Positions 44,659 through 53,080 of a stretch of DNA of 57,944 nucleotides are shown piece after piece. Source of the DNA: an uncultured Methanosarcinales archaeon. GTDB taxonomy: Archaea; Nanobdellota; Nanobdellia; Woesearchaeales; GW2011-AR9. How positions within the stretch are numbered: position 1 is the stretch's first letter; each line of letters begins with the position of its first letter. A program made the translations under genes and the position numbers. The stretch covers positions 12,206-70,149 of the forward strand of contig CAZIUU010000001.1 in NCBI GenBank assembly GCA_964542815.1. Reading direction: 5' to 3'. A model generated the notes under the pieces. That model had not been told where the DNA came from and made no database searches. It worked only from the letters and a program-made list of their open reading frames with translations.

Positions 44659-44791
44659 GTATGTGCATAGCATCTTCAAAATTCTGGTGAGGGTTATCGT
44701 TGGGGTGACATCCCCGTAGGGGGCAAGTTCCCCTGTCACCATCGCAGGAATATTCTGAATTAATTTTGACCTTATGATGCTATGCACATAC
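44659..44791 (+). ncRNA. UCCCCG-apex structured element, copy B
   Basis: Perfect 16-bp P1 GUAUGUGCAUAGCAUC/GAUGCUAUGCACAUAC. P2 UCAAAAUU/AAUUUUGA. P3 GGUGACA/UGUCACC. Apex UCCCCGUAGGGGGCAAGUUCCCC. Confidence 0.5.
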
Positions 44792-44798
44792 CTTTAGT

Positions 44799-46382
44799 TT
44801 ATGTTTCCATCTGCTTTAAACATAGCTCATACCATTGGTCACGGTATTTGGGGTAGTGCAGCTGCATGAATTTATCGGCTGCGTCCAAAGCCCGCTCAGG
44901 GTTGAGGGTTATCTTTGGAGCAATTCTTAACCGATATGCGTCGCCCTCTTTTCCTACCAGACCACTGGCGGTGAGCTTAGATAGTGAATCTTCAATTGGA
45001 ATTGCAGTAGCATATACATCTCCAAACTTTTGAGTGGTTGAATGATGATTAGTTGGTTCAGTATCAAGAAGGTTTAGCAAAGCTCGGTCTATAACACTTA
45101 ACCCATATAAATTATCTACTAATACCTGTTCGTATAGTTCTATCACTTTGAGATTATCAGAAATCCCGGAGAAAATATATTTTTGATTGTTTTTATCTAC
45201 ACCTGAATTAAATAAAGTTGCTCCGCAAATTAATTGATGCAGATATTTTACTGATGACCTGAATCTAACTTGTTCCGATATCTCTGGTGGAAGAGATTCA
45301 ATTATGTGTGGTAGGAAAGGATTCTTAATTTCTGCAGTTGAGTCCAAGCAATTTGAGATATGGCTTTGCCAGGCAGAATAGTTCTCTGTCGTTGCTTCTG
45401 GCTGCAGTTCTCTTTCGGCAAAGCTTAAAGCCACTTTTTTATTCTGTTCTCGACTGATATCGGTATGGAAGATGATAAACCTACGGTAAAATTCATCATC
45501 GCGTTCTTTTAGATGTTTGTTAGTTATGGCGAATGAATATAATATTGGCTTTTTGTTTATCTTGAATGTATCTACGCCATTTCGCTTGGAATTTGTCCTG
45601 GTATAAGTAGAATCTACTCCCTCGGTTAAGTTCTTAATAATTTCTTCAATATCTTTGCTGAATATTTTTTGCAGTTCTGGAATTACGATATAATTGCTGG
45701 AATTTATCTTTGGATTGTGATATAAGCTGCGGTCGGTGGCTTGATGGATAGTTAAGTATCGTTCAGATGGAAGTGCTTTTAGTAACGCGTATAATAATGC
45801 TGATTTTCCGCTGCCGGAAAGGCTTTCTATACCTATATTAGCTCGAGAAACTAAACCATACATCATCAATTCCCGATTCTTCTCTTCTCCGACGATGCCC
45901 TGAGATGCGAAGAAATAGTGGATTGATTGAGGAGTGATGGTCAATGGTGTGATAATTTGTTTGGTGGTTTGGGATGGTTGACTAGATGATGTGGTTTGGA
46001 GTGGCGATGGTTGTGGTTCTGATTTTGGTGATGAAGAAAGTACTTGGGGTTGGGTTGATGTAATTAGGGTTACGTCGCTTTGATGGGGAGTAGTATCTTC
46101 AACGTATTCTGCATCTATTATTACTGTTTTAGCTCTAAACGTATTTGATGGGTTATGTTTTGAATTAAACCCGGCTTGTAATCTTTTTAATTCTGCCAAG
46201 CTTGGCTCTAAAGAGTGATATAAAGTCGGATTATGAGAATATTTCTCTCCATTATCTAAAAATGAATTGATTGTTTCGAGTTCTGGAGATTCTCCTTTAT
46301 TTATTCTTCTAAGATATCCCTCCATCTCGTTCTTATCTACAAAGAAATTGTACACTTTATCGATTATGGCGTAATCATTCAT
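44799..46382 (-). CDS. P-loop NTPase with SF3-helicase-like motifs, an N-terminal helical domain and a Ser/Pro/Gln-rich linker
   Basis: Walker A SLSGSGKSALL, Walker B YIVIPELQ, motif-C-like ILYSFAITNKHL, then DDEFYRRFIIFHTD. This order and spacing match D5/P4-type SF3 helicases. Confidence 0.5.
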   Translation of the reverse strand: MNDYAIIDKVYNFFVDKNEMEGYLRRINKGESPELETINSFLDNGEKYSHNPTLYHSLEPSLAELKRLQAGFNSKHNPSNTFRAKTVIIDAEYVEDTTPHQSDVTLITSTQPQVLSSSPKSEPQPSPLQTTSSSQPSQTTKQIITPLTITPQSIHYFFASQGIVGEEKNRELMMYGLVSRANIGIESLSGSGKSALLYALLKALPSERYLTIHQATDRSLYHNPKINSSNYIVIPELQKIFSKDIEEIIKNLTEGVDSTYTRTNSKRNGVDTFKINKKPILYSFAITNKHLKERDDEFYRRFIIFHTDISREQNKKVALSFAERELQPEATTENYSAWQSHISNCLDSTAEIKNPFLPHIIESLPPEISEQVRFRSSVKYLHQLICGATLFNSGVDKNNQKYIFSGISDNLKVIELYEQVLVDNLYGLSVIDRALLNLLDTEPTNHHSTTQKFGDVYATAIPIEDSLSKLTASGLVGKEGDAYRLRIAPKITLNPERALDAADKFMQLHYPKYRDQWYELCLKQMET

Positions 46383-46384
46383 GG

Positions 46385-47896
46385 TTAGATAGTCTTAGTA
46401 ATAGTCTTAGTGGCATTTCCAACAGTAAAACCCATGCGCCCAGGCTTTTCATCCTCTTCATCTAAGTTATAATTACCATAAGCTTCGGTTAGGTCTTCAG
46501 TTTTTACTAGAGTAATTTTATCTTTAGATGGTCTTTCTTTTCGTTGTTCTTTGCTAATAACATATCCATCGGTTACATTGGTAACACATTTGTATAAAAT
46601 TGAATTAATCACCCTTCCCGACTTAAATCGCTCATCTTTGCGCGAGAAAGACAGTATTCTATCAAAGTCGATAAGTTCAAATTGTTTTTTACCAGAGTAA
46701 TCTTCTATCTTTTGAATAACTTTTTTATGTATACCAATAATTCCTTCATCAGTTTTAGGATATCCTACATATAACTTCTCTCCAAACCTACTCCAGATGG
46801 CTTCATCAATTAATCCTAGCACGTTGGTTGCACCAATGGTTATTAATCCTGCTTTAGTGCTGTTTCCATCAAGTAAGTCATTTAAAGTCGTAACTAACGT
46901 ATTCTGTTCTTTTGAGTCGGTGTCTCTCCTGAGAGCGATGTGATCAATCTCGTCTAAGAAAATAATAACCCCTTTGTTCTTCCCTTTATCGATAGTACTG
47001 CTGGCGTCTTTGTAATGTCCTCGAAGAATGTTGGCGCTCTCGCCAAAGTATTTGCTGCACAATTCGGCGCAGGGGATAGGTCGGTATTCAAAACCACACT
47101 TTGCAGCCAGGCTTCTAATCAGAGTGGTCTTTCCTGTTCCGGGAGGACCGTGTAATAAGATGTTCGGAAAAAGATTTTTTGGATTAAATAATCCAGTGTA
47201 AAATTCCCAGTTTCTTACTCTTAATTCTGTTTTTTGGAATACTTCTTTTACTGCTTCGTGACCATAGATGTAATCTGCTTCATTAGTACTTTTTTGGTCT
47301 GGTTTTACGATATAAGAGGAGAAGTCAACATCTACTTTTCTCTTGGGAGCAGTCTTGTCAGGGTTTATTTCTACTTGATATCTTTTCCCAGCAATGATAA
47401 CTTCCCAATTGTATTCTTTGAACTTTGGATCTTTGCATACTTCTGCCGCTGCGGTTCGGGAAAGCCAGCTGAAAAAAGATTCAGTTAACGCTTCTAGTTT
47501 CGGGCGAGGTCTGGATTCTTCTAGTGATAGTTTGTATATTTCTAAAGCGTCATTTAATGGGAAAGGCCATTCTTGGCCATAGTTAAGTGTTTTATTATCA
47601 AAATAACTAACCCCTTCTACCCCAGAATATCCAAACTCAGCTGAGGCAGCAGTAGCCGCCAAAGCAGTAATTAATGGCATTGCTAATGATTTGTATTCTG
47701 CTTTTAATTTATCCACTCCCTGGCGCTGCATGGAAGCAAAGTCTTTAATTGTTTCATAAGTTCTCTTTCCATTGGTCTTATTAGGGTATTGCCCAATTAT
47801 TTCGTCTAAAGAATATCTTACTCCATTAAGCTTGGAAACAATAGTATATTCAATACTGTTAAGTTCTGCTCTGGTGAATTCAATTGTTTTTACCAT
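46385..47896 (-). CDS. classical-clade AAA+ ATPase, Vps4/katanin-like ATPase core with a novel ~250-aa N-terminal region
   Basis: ILLHGPPGTGKTTL, SKYFGESANIL, VIIFLDEIDHI, GATNVLGLIDEAIWSRFGEKLYVGYP. Compare yeast Vps4: [26 protein letters not shown]. Confidence 0.88.
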   Translation of the reverse strand: MVKTIEFTRAELNSIEYTIVSKLNGVRYSLDEIIGQYPNKTNGKRTYETIKDFASMQRQGVDKLKAEYKSLAMPLITALAATAASAEFGYSGVEGVSYFDNKTLNYGQEWPFPLNDALEIYKLSLEESRPRPKLEALTESFFSWLSRTAAAEVCKDPKFKEYNWEVIIAGKRYQVEINPDKTAPKRKVDVDFSSYIVKPDQKSTNEADYIYGHEAVKEVFQKTELRVRNWEFYTGLFNPKNLFPNILLHGPPGTGKTTLIRSLAAKCGFEYRPIPCAELCSKYFGESANILRGHYKDASSTIDKGKNKGVIIFLDEIDHIALRRDTDSKEQNTLVTTLNDLLDGNSTKAGLITIGATNVLGLIDEAIWSRFGEKLYVGYPKTDEGIIGIHKKVIQKIEDYSGKKQFELIDFDRILSFSRKDERFKSGRVINSILYKCVTNVTDGYVISKEQRKERPSKDKITLVKTEDLTEAYGNYNLDEEDEKPGRMGFTVGNATKTITKTI

Positions 47897-47933
47897 GGTC
47901 TAAAAAAATAAAATAAATAAAAAATAAAACAAA

Positions 47934-49028
47934 TTAAACTTTATACATCTCTGCGTAAGGGTTATCTAAGATTTGGTCTACTCTTCTTTCCATCTCGTCG
48001 TTCTGAATCTCGGTACTGGTTTTTAATCCATTTACAAATCCGGGCAAAGTGTATCCTTTAGGCACGTCAAGCTTGGATTCAGTCATTCTGACTGCGGCAG
48101 TCATCCGGTCACCCATTGCTTTGTAAAAGTCTTTGACCATTCCGTCCAGAACCTTTATCTTATCTTGAAACCGTGGGACAATATCTCCAATCTTGGTCAG
48201 GGCTTCCAACTCTCTTATATTAATATCGGTGCCTTCCATATACGCTTCTACATTCATGCGATGCTGTTGTACGAAGTTATAAACGGCAGTAGCCACCTCT
48301 ATTCCTTTCTGGTAATTCTCAACTTTCTGATCCAATGCTTCAATCCGGGTAAGGAACTTCTGCTTTAGGCCTTTGTAACCGGTTATGCTCTGGCTATACA
48401 TCACAATATTGCTGTGCAGCCGCTTAATTTCCCTAGTGTCTGGCTCCTGCCCTTTTTGTTTGAGGGTTGCTTCTACCGTTTTTCGCTTATCATAAGCTGC
48501 ACAAATCTCCTTTTCCAGCTCTTTTACTGCTTTGGCACATTTTCTACGGGTAGCCATTGTTTCTATAAACTTCCCCTGAAGCCCGTCCATTTTGGTGTGG
48601 TCGCGGCTATACTCTGAGCCATAAAGTATTTCACTAATTTCTTCTTCAACTGCATGGGCTTCTTCTACTAATTCAGCCAAGTCTTCTTTTCTTCCGGCGA
48701 GCCTTTGATGTGGAGTTCTGAATAAGTTATATGCTTTGATGTACAAGGGCTTAACTAATTCGGGTACATGATCTAATCTTATTCCTGATTTTCCCAAGGT
48801 TTCAGTACTTCTGGTCATAGCTCTGCTGGCAGCTCCTGGTGAGGAATATTCTTCACTGGACTCCTGCACTAACGTATCAATGTATTCCATCCCTTTAACG
48901 TGTTCACTCCAAAGGGTTTTCGGATCTGGGTCTGGCTGTTGTGATATTGCTGGTGCCATTTGGGGCCCCTCAGTGATTATTGGCCCGCTTTCTCCAGTTA
49001 TGCTTTCTTCGCTAGTTGCGTCTTCCAT
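47934..49028 (-). CDS. long alpha-helical / coiled-coil protein, unknown function
   Basis: Acidic disordered N-terminus, then about 280 aa of helical heptad-like sequence. The C-terminus is NDEMERRVDQILDNPYAEMYKV. Confidence 0.5.
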   Translation of the reverse strand: MEDATSEESITGESGPIITEGPQMAPAISQQPDPDPKTLWSEHVKGMEYIDTLVQESSEEYSSPGAASRAMTRSTETLGKSGIRLDHVPELVKPLYIKAYNLFRTPHQRLAGRKEDLAELVEEAHAVEEEISEILYGSEYSRDHTKMDGLQGKFIETMATRRKCAKAVKELEKEICAAYDKRKTVEATLKQKGQEPDTREIKRLHSNIVMYSQSITGYKGLKQKFLTRIEALDQKVENYQKGIEVATAVYNFVQQHRMNVEAYMEGTDINIRELEALTKIGDIVPRFQDKIKVLDGMVKDFYKAMGDRMTAAVRMTESKLDVPKGYTLPGFVNGLKTSTEIQNDEMERRVDQILDNPYAEMYKV

Positions 49029-49054
49029 GTTAGTTCACCTCTAGTGATTAAATT

Positions 49055-49453
49055 TTATTTCTGTCCGTATACTTTGATCTCAGGCTGGGCGGCAACTTTA
49101 GGCTCGCTTCCATCTACAATTCCGTCTAATGGGACGTACTCAAAAAAATATTTTCTATTCCCTAATACATTGCTCTTAGCAATTACTCCCTGTTTTCCGC
49201 TGGCATTGTCAGTAAACACAAAGCCTTTGAATCCGCCTTTCTCAGATACTACATAATCCAAGCTAAAGTCTTTAGATGCAGCCACGCCTTCTGGAATTGG
49301 AACACTTTTATACTTCTCTTCCAGCTCACTCATCTGCTTCTGATATACGCTTTTACAATCTTCTGCGTCGGCTTTAAACGTGAAATAGCCGATGCCTAAT
49401 CCTATTGCTGCCCCTACTCCTACTTTTATCAATCCCGGAATGTATCCTCTCAT
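49055..49453 (-). CDS. small N-terminally anchored membrane protein, paralog of 49543..49998
   Basis: TM helix IKVGVGAAIGLGIGYFTF. DCKSVYQKQMSELEEKYKSVP and DFSLDYVVSEKGGFKGFVFTDNASGKQ align with the neighbouring gene. Confidence 0.55.
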   Translation of the reverse strand: MRGYIPGLIKVGVGAAIGLGIGYFTFKADAEDCKSVYQKQMSELEEKYKSVPIPEGVAASKDFSLDYVVSEKGGFKGFVFTDNASGKQGVIAKSNVLGNRKYFFEYVPLDGIVDGSEPKVAAQPEIKVYGQK

Positions 49454-49542
49454 TTTATTTCCCTCCTGTTTGGTTTTTGTTTATACTTTTGTTTTTTGTT
49501 CTAGTTGTTTTTGGTTGAGCTTTTGTTTAATTAACAAATAAC

Positions 49543-49998
49543 TCACTTTACCGCTTTAGCGGCATAGTCTTTGAGCTTGTCTACGAATCGGTTAGTTATC
49601 TGGCTGTAATCATTTGCATTGTCTTCTGTAGGTAAAGAAAAATTACTTCCGACTAACGGAATCATCTCATCTGGGTTGAGTGATTTATCCAATGGCTCTA
49701 AATCCAATCGATAATTATCTTGAAACAATAGTTGTCTTTCAACCAGCATCTCTTGTTTTCCGCTGCGATTATGGGTTATTACTACACCATTGATGCCTTC
49801 GTCTTCAGCAACAACATAATCTATGCTGATGTCTCTGGGCCCGACGAGACCTTGACGTGGTACTGAAGCATACTTCTCCTCAACTACAGAGATTTTCCGA
49901 TTATACATCTCTTTGCAATTATCGGTGGTAGGATGCCATAACACATACCCGACACCAAGGCCGATTCCTAACATTAACGTATTAGAGATTAATCCCAT
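49543..49998 (-). CDS. small N-terminally anchored membrane protein, paralog of 49055..49453 (start moved to MGLISN)
   Basis: A GGAGG site lies 8 nt upstream of the ATG at 49998. TM helix LMLGIGLGVGYVLW. NCKEMYNRKISVVEEKYASVP and DISIDYVVAEDEGINGVVITHNRSGKQ align with the neighbouring gene. Confidence 0.55.
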   Translation of the reverse strand: MGLISNTLMLGIGLGVGYVLWHPTTDNCKEMYNRKISVVEEKYASVPRQGLVGPRDISIDYVVAEDEGINGVVITHNRSGKQEMLVERQLLFQDNYRLDLEPLDKSLNPDEMIPLVGSNFSLPTEDNANDYSQITNRFVDKLKDYAAKAVK

Positions 49999-49999
49999 T

Positions 50000-50683
50000 T
50001 TAGTTTCCTCCAATTGGTTTATCTTCTGGTTTATCTGGTTCTGATTTGGTCGAAGCTTCAGGATAGATTGCATCACTTAGCCTTCTGCGATAATCGTTTG
50101 CTTTATCACCTAAGAAAGAAGTGGTAGAATCAATCATCTGATCGATACTTTCATGAGTCTCTCGAATTTTTCGGTCTAATTCTTTCTTTCCTTCTTCAAA
50201 TGTTTTTTCCACACAGAATTCTTTTATTTTATCGGTAAACGAGCGGTAGCTGCTGGTTCCTGGCTGGTAATCTTTGCCTAAGCGGGCGAGTAGCGCATCT
50301 ATGGGTACGGCAATTATAATCATCTCTGGCTTAGTTGACTTTGTTGCTTGTGGCTGTTGATATAACTGTGAGAACACATCAACTTGTGGAGCGTCGACAT
50401 TTTGTAATTTCTGCTGTAATGCTTTTACTTCCTGCTGAAGCTGGCTGACTTTAGCAGCATAGTTCGGCTCAGCCATGATTAATGTTGTCGTGGTTGAAGT
50501 GGTCGGTGTAGTTTCTATTTTATCCTGCTTTGGGCAGTTTTCGGCAGAATACAGGCAAGATACTGATTCTTGCACTTTTTGGTAAGTCTTGTTTACTTCG
50601 CCACTGGAATACACTCCGACGCCAAAGGCTCCGGCAGCGAGGGCTCCAATCCCAACGATGTAAAGTGGTGTTTTCCATTTCAT
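50000..50683 (-). CDS. N-terminally anchored membrane protein with a Thr-rich linker and coiled coil (start moved to MKWKTP)
   Basis: TM helix LYIVGIGALAAGAFGVGVY. Linker TTPTTSTTTT. Coiled coil AAKVSQLQQEVKALQQKLQN. Confidence 0.5.
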   Translation of the reverse strand: MKWKTPLYIVGIGALAAGAFGVGVYSSGEVNKTYQKVQESVSCLYSAENCPKQDKIETTPTTSTTTTLIMAEPNYAAKVSQLQQEVKALQQKLQNVDAPQVDVFSQLYQQPQATKSTKPEMIIIAVPIDALLARLGKDYQPGTSSYRSFTDKIKEFCVEKTFEEGKKELDRKIRETHESIDQMIDSTTSFLGDKANDYRRRLSDAIYPEASTKSEPDKPEDKPIGGN

Positions 50684-50771
50684 ACCACACTCAGAGAGAG
50701 AAGTATATTTATGGTTGTGTAGTAGCAGGAGAGACACTTAATGGAAAATTTTAGTCAGGCTCTAGAATCAC

Positions 50772-52274
50772 TTACTTCCCAAAAACAATACAAGTAACTG
50801 AGCCATTACAAAAATTAGCGTTGCTTTCGTAAGGTCCAATTTCTCCGTTAACATAAGCTCCGACAATGGGGATGTCTGCTATTTCAGGAATTTGTTTCAG
50901 TGCTTTTATTTCGTTGTCATAATTAGCGATTATAATATTAAAAATGGCACAAGGAAGCATCAAAACGCATTGTGGTTTTGAATGAAGGTTGATTAACGCT
51001 TCTTTCAATGTCAAAATTGCCGATTGATGGAGTTTATTACTATTTGTGTCCATCATTATATATGGTTCATTCTCTTCATAAGTGCCTGTAAATATCATCT
51101 TATCATTACAGATATCAAAAGGATAACTGAGGGTGTGGGAATTAGACCTTCTTGCAAATGCAGTTAACTTAATCCACTCTTTAAAATTTCCTTTTGGTCC
51201 GGAAAAGAAAGGCATGGTCTTAATAAAGTCCGCTTTGCTTAACCCTATTTCAGAGGCATAAGTTTCTACTGCTGGGGTGAACGAACCTTGCTTTCCCAGT
51301 TTAGAGATGGCAATTTTGTCGATGAAACCGTTAGATAACCTGAAATAATATTCTTTTGAAGGGTTAAACCGGTTGTATCCATGCTTAGCACAAATGGAAA
51401 ATTTTGCAGTGGTTTTTATTCCAATTATTAAAGCCTCATCAGTGTGAACCTTTTGATTAGAAAAGAGATAAGTCTTAGCTAACCGTCCTTCATCTGCAGC
51501 AACTCCACCAATAATGGGTAGCTCTTTTGGAGCTATGATCTTTATTTTAGCTAATATCTCTGGAGTGGGATTACTCATGTTATTATATTTTGATGGCCCT
51601 GGCACAAATAACACTGCCAAATCACTGTCTTTAAGATTAATCTTGTTTAATTCTTCTTTAGTTGGATTGGTGCTAATACTCCACATTTTTGCGTTGAAAT
51701 CTTCATTTTCTCCGGCAAAAAGCATTAGGTTTATTGATCCATTTATGCGCGTATCAAATATCTCTCCAAAAGTGCTGATGCCGGCTAGCGGAACATCTCC
51801 TATAACCGTCTTTATTCCTTCTAACAGAGAATCAAAGCTATCTTCATAGCTTATGCTAACAAACAATAACGCTAATTTAACTTTATCTTTGAATGTCTTT
51901 ATTTGGCTAATGACTTTGCTGGCAACTTCTCTACCAGCGATAAATGCATTCTTCTCTGAGGTTGATGCGGCAGATATTTCTACTCTTGACCTTTCTGAAG
52001 AGCTTTCACTATATATTTTATCTAAATTAGACCCGAACTGAGATAAATCTTTAATCCATTGGTGGTTTAACTTATATCCTCGGTTTGCTTTGTCAATTAC
52101 TTTGTCCCTAATTAATTCTTGTAGTGATTTAAATGTTGCCTGATAGGTTATTTCTTTGTGTTTGCTGATTCGATGGTGTATCTGCTTGGCGGAAAGCGGC
52201 CAGTCTGTACCTAACAGTTGAATGATTTCCTGCTTGGTCTTACTATTAGCTCTAATCTCCGGTAATTCCATCAT
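50772..52274 (-). CDS. wHTH-FIST fusion protein (sensor/regulator)
   Basis: N-terminal wHTH KQEIIQLLGTDWPLSAKQIHHRISKHKEITYQATFKSLQELIRDKVI. FIST_N-like LALLFVSISYEDSFDSLLEGIKTVIGDVPLAGISTFGEI. FIST_C-like IPIVGAYVNGEIGPY. Confidence 0.65.
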   Translation of the reverse strand: MMELPEIRANSKTKQEIIQLLGTDWPLSAKQIHHRISKHKEITYQATFKSLQELIRDKVIDKANRGYKLNHQWIKDLSQFGSNLDKIYSESSSERSRVEISAASTSEKNAFIAGREVASKVISQIKTFKDKVKLALLFVSISYEDSFDSLLEGIKTVIGDVPLAGISTFGEIFDTRINGSINLMLFAGENEDFNAKMWSISTNPTKEELNKINLKDSDLAVLFVPGPSKYNNMSNPTPEILAKIKIIAPKELPIIGGVAADEGRLAKTYLFSNQKVHTDEALIIGIKTTAKFSICAKHGYNRFNPSKEYYFRLSNGFIDKIAISKLGKQGSFTPAVETYASEIGLSKADFIKTMPFFSGPKGNFKEWIKLTAFARRSNSHTLSYPFDICNDKMIFTGTYEENEPYIMMDTNSNKLHQSAILTLKEALINLHSKPQCVLMLPCAIFNIIIANYDNEIKALKQIPEIADIPIVGAYVNGEIGPYESNANFCNGSVTCIVFGK

Positions 52275-53080
52275 TTAACCCCAAATCTTTCCATTACATC
52301 ATGCCTGATTCTATCTGCGATGCTTTTATCTTCGGTTATCAAGAAGATTATCTCTGTTTTTTTGTAGACGAGTTCGCTTTGCATTTTCTTTAAGTTTATT
52401 TCAGCGAGAGTTGCAGCAGAATTAGCTAATTCATCCATGACTTTCTGGAAGTCTTTGGGATAGAGAATCTGAATGAATACGTCACCGATGATTATAGTTC
52501 CATGTTCTACTGATAAATTTTCTTCAGTTTTGACATGCATCCCATAACTTTTCCAGAAATTCATAAAGATGATATCTAAAGGTCCGCCACACTTTGCTAT
52601 GCAATAATATTCATTATTTTTAGTAATCTCCTCTAATTTATGCACTTGTTCTTTTGTTAGGATAGTGGTGTTCCACCAGTGCCGGTCGATAAAACACACC
52701 GGTTTGCCTAATGTGGGGATAACCTTGTTAAATAATGCCTCTTCAACAAAAGAGTACATTTCATAATAGGAGTTAAAGACTATCTTTTGAGGCAGTTGTT
52801 GGGAAAATTGGTGTTTAGTATAATTTTTTTCCAAATGAGAAAATCTCGCACTGGAATTTTTGATCCAATCTAATTCTAAAGAATATTTTTTTTCATTATT
52901 ACTAACAATTTTTTCTTCAACTAAATTGTGGAGATGCTTATGTGCAGCTTGATAAGTTACACTTACTCCATATTTGTTCTTTAATCTGGAGTAAATCTCT
53001 TTGAGAGAAAGGGACCAATCTGTACTTAAGATATCTATTATTGCTTCTTTGACAATTACTTTGTTTCTGGGTGCTTTCAT
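52271..53080 (-). CDS. wHTH protein with a ~180-aa C-terminal domain, paralog of 53077..53928
   Basis: KEAIIDILSTDWSLSLKEIYSRLKNKYGVSVTYQAAHKHLHNLVEEKIV. 4-nt overlaps with both neighbouring genes. Confidence 0.6.
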   Translation of the reverse strand: MKAPRNKVIVKEAIIDILSTDWSLSLKEIYSRLKNKYGVSVTYQAAHKHLHNLVEEKIVSNNEKKYSLELDWIKNSSARFSHLEKNYTKHQFSQQLPQKIVFNSYYEMYSFVEEALFNKVIPTLGKPVCFIDRHWWNTTILTKEQVHKLEEITKNNEYYCIAKCGGPLDIIFMNFWKSYGMHVKTEENLSVEHGTIIIGDVFIQILYPKDFQKVMDELANSAATLAEINLKKMQSELVYKKTEIIFLITEDKSIADRIRHDVMERFGVK

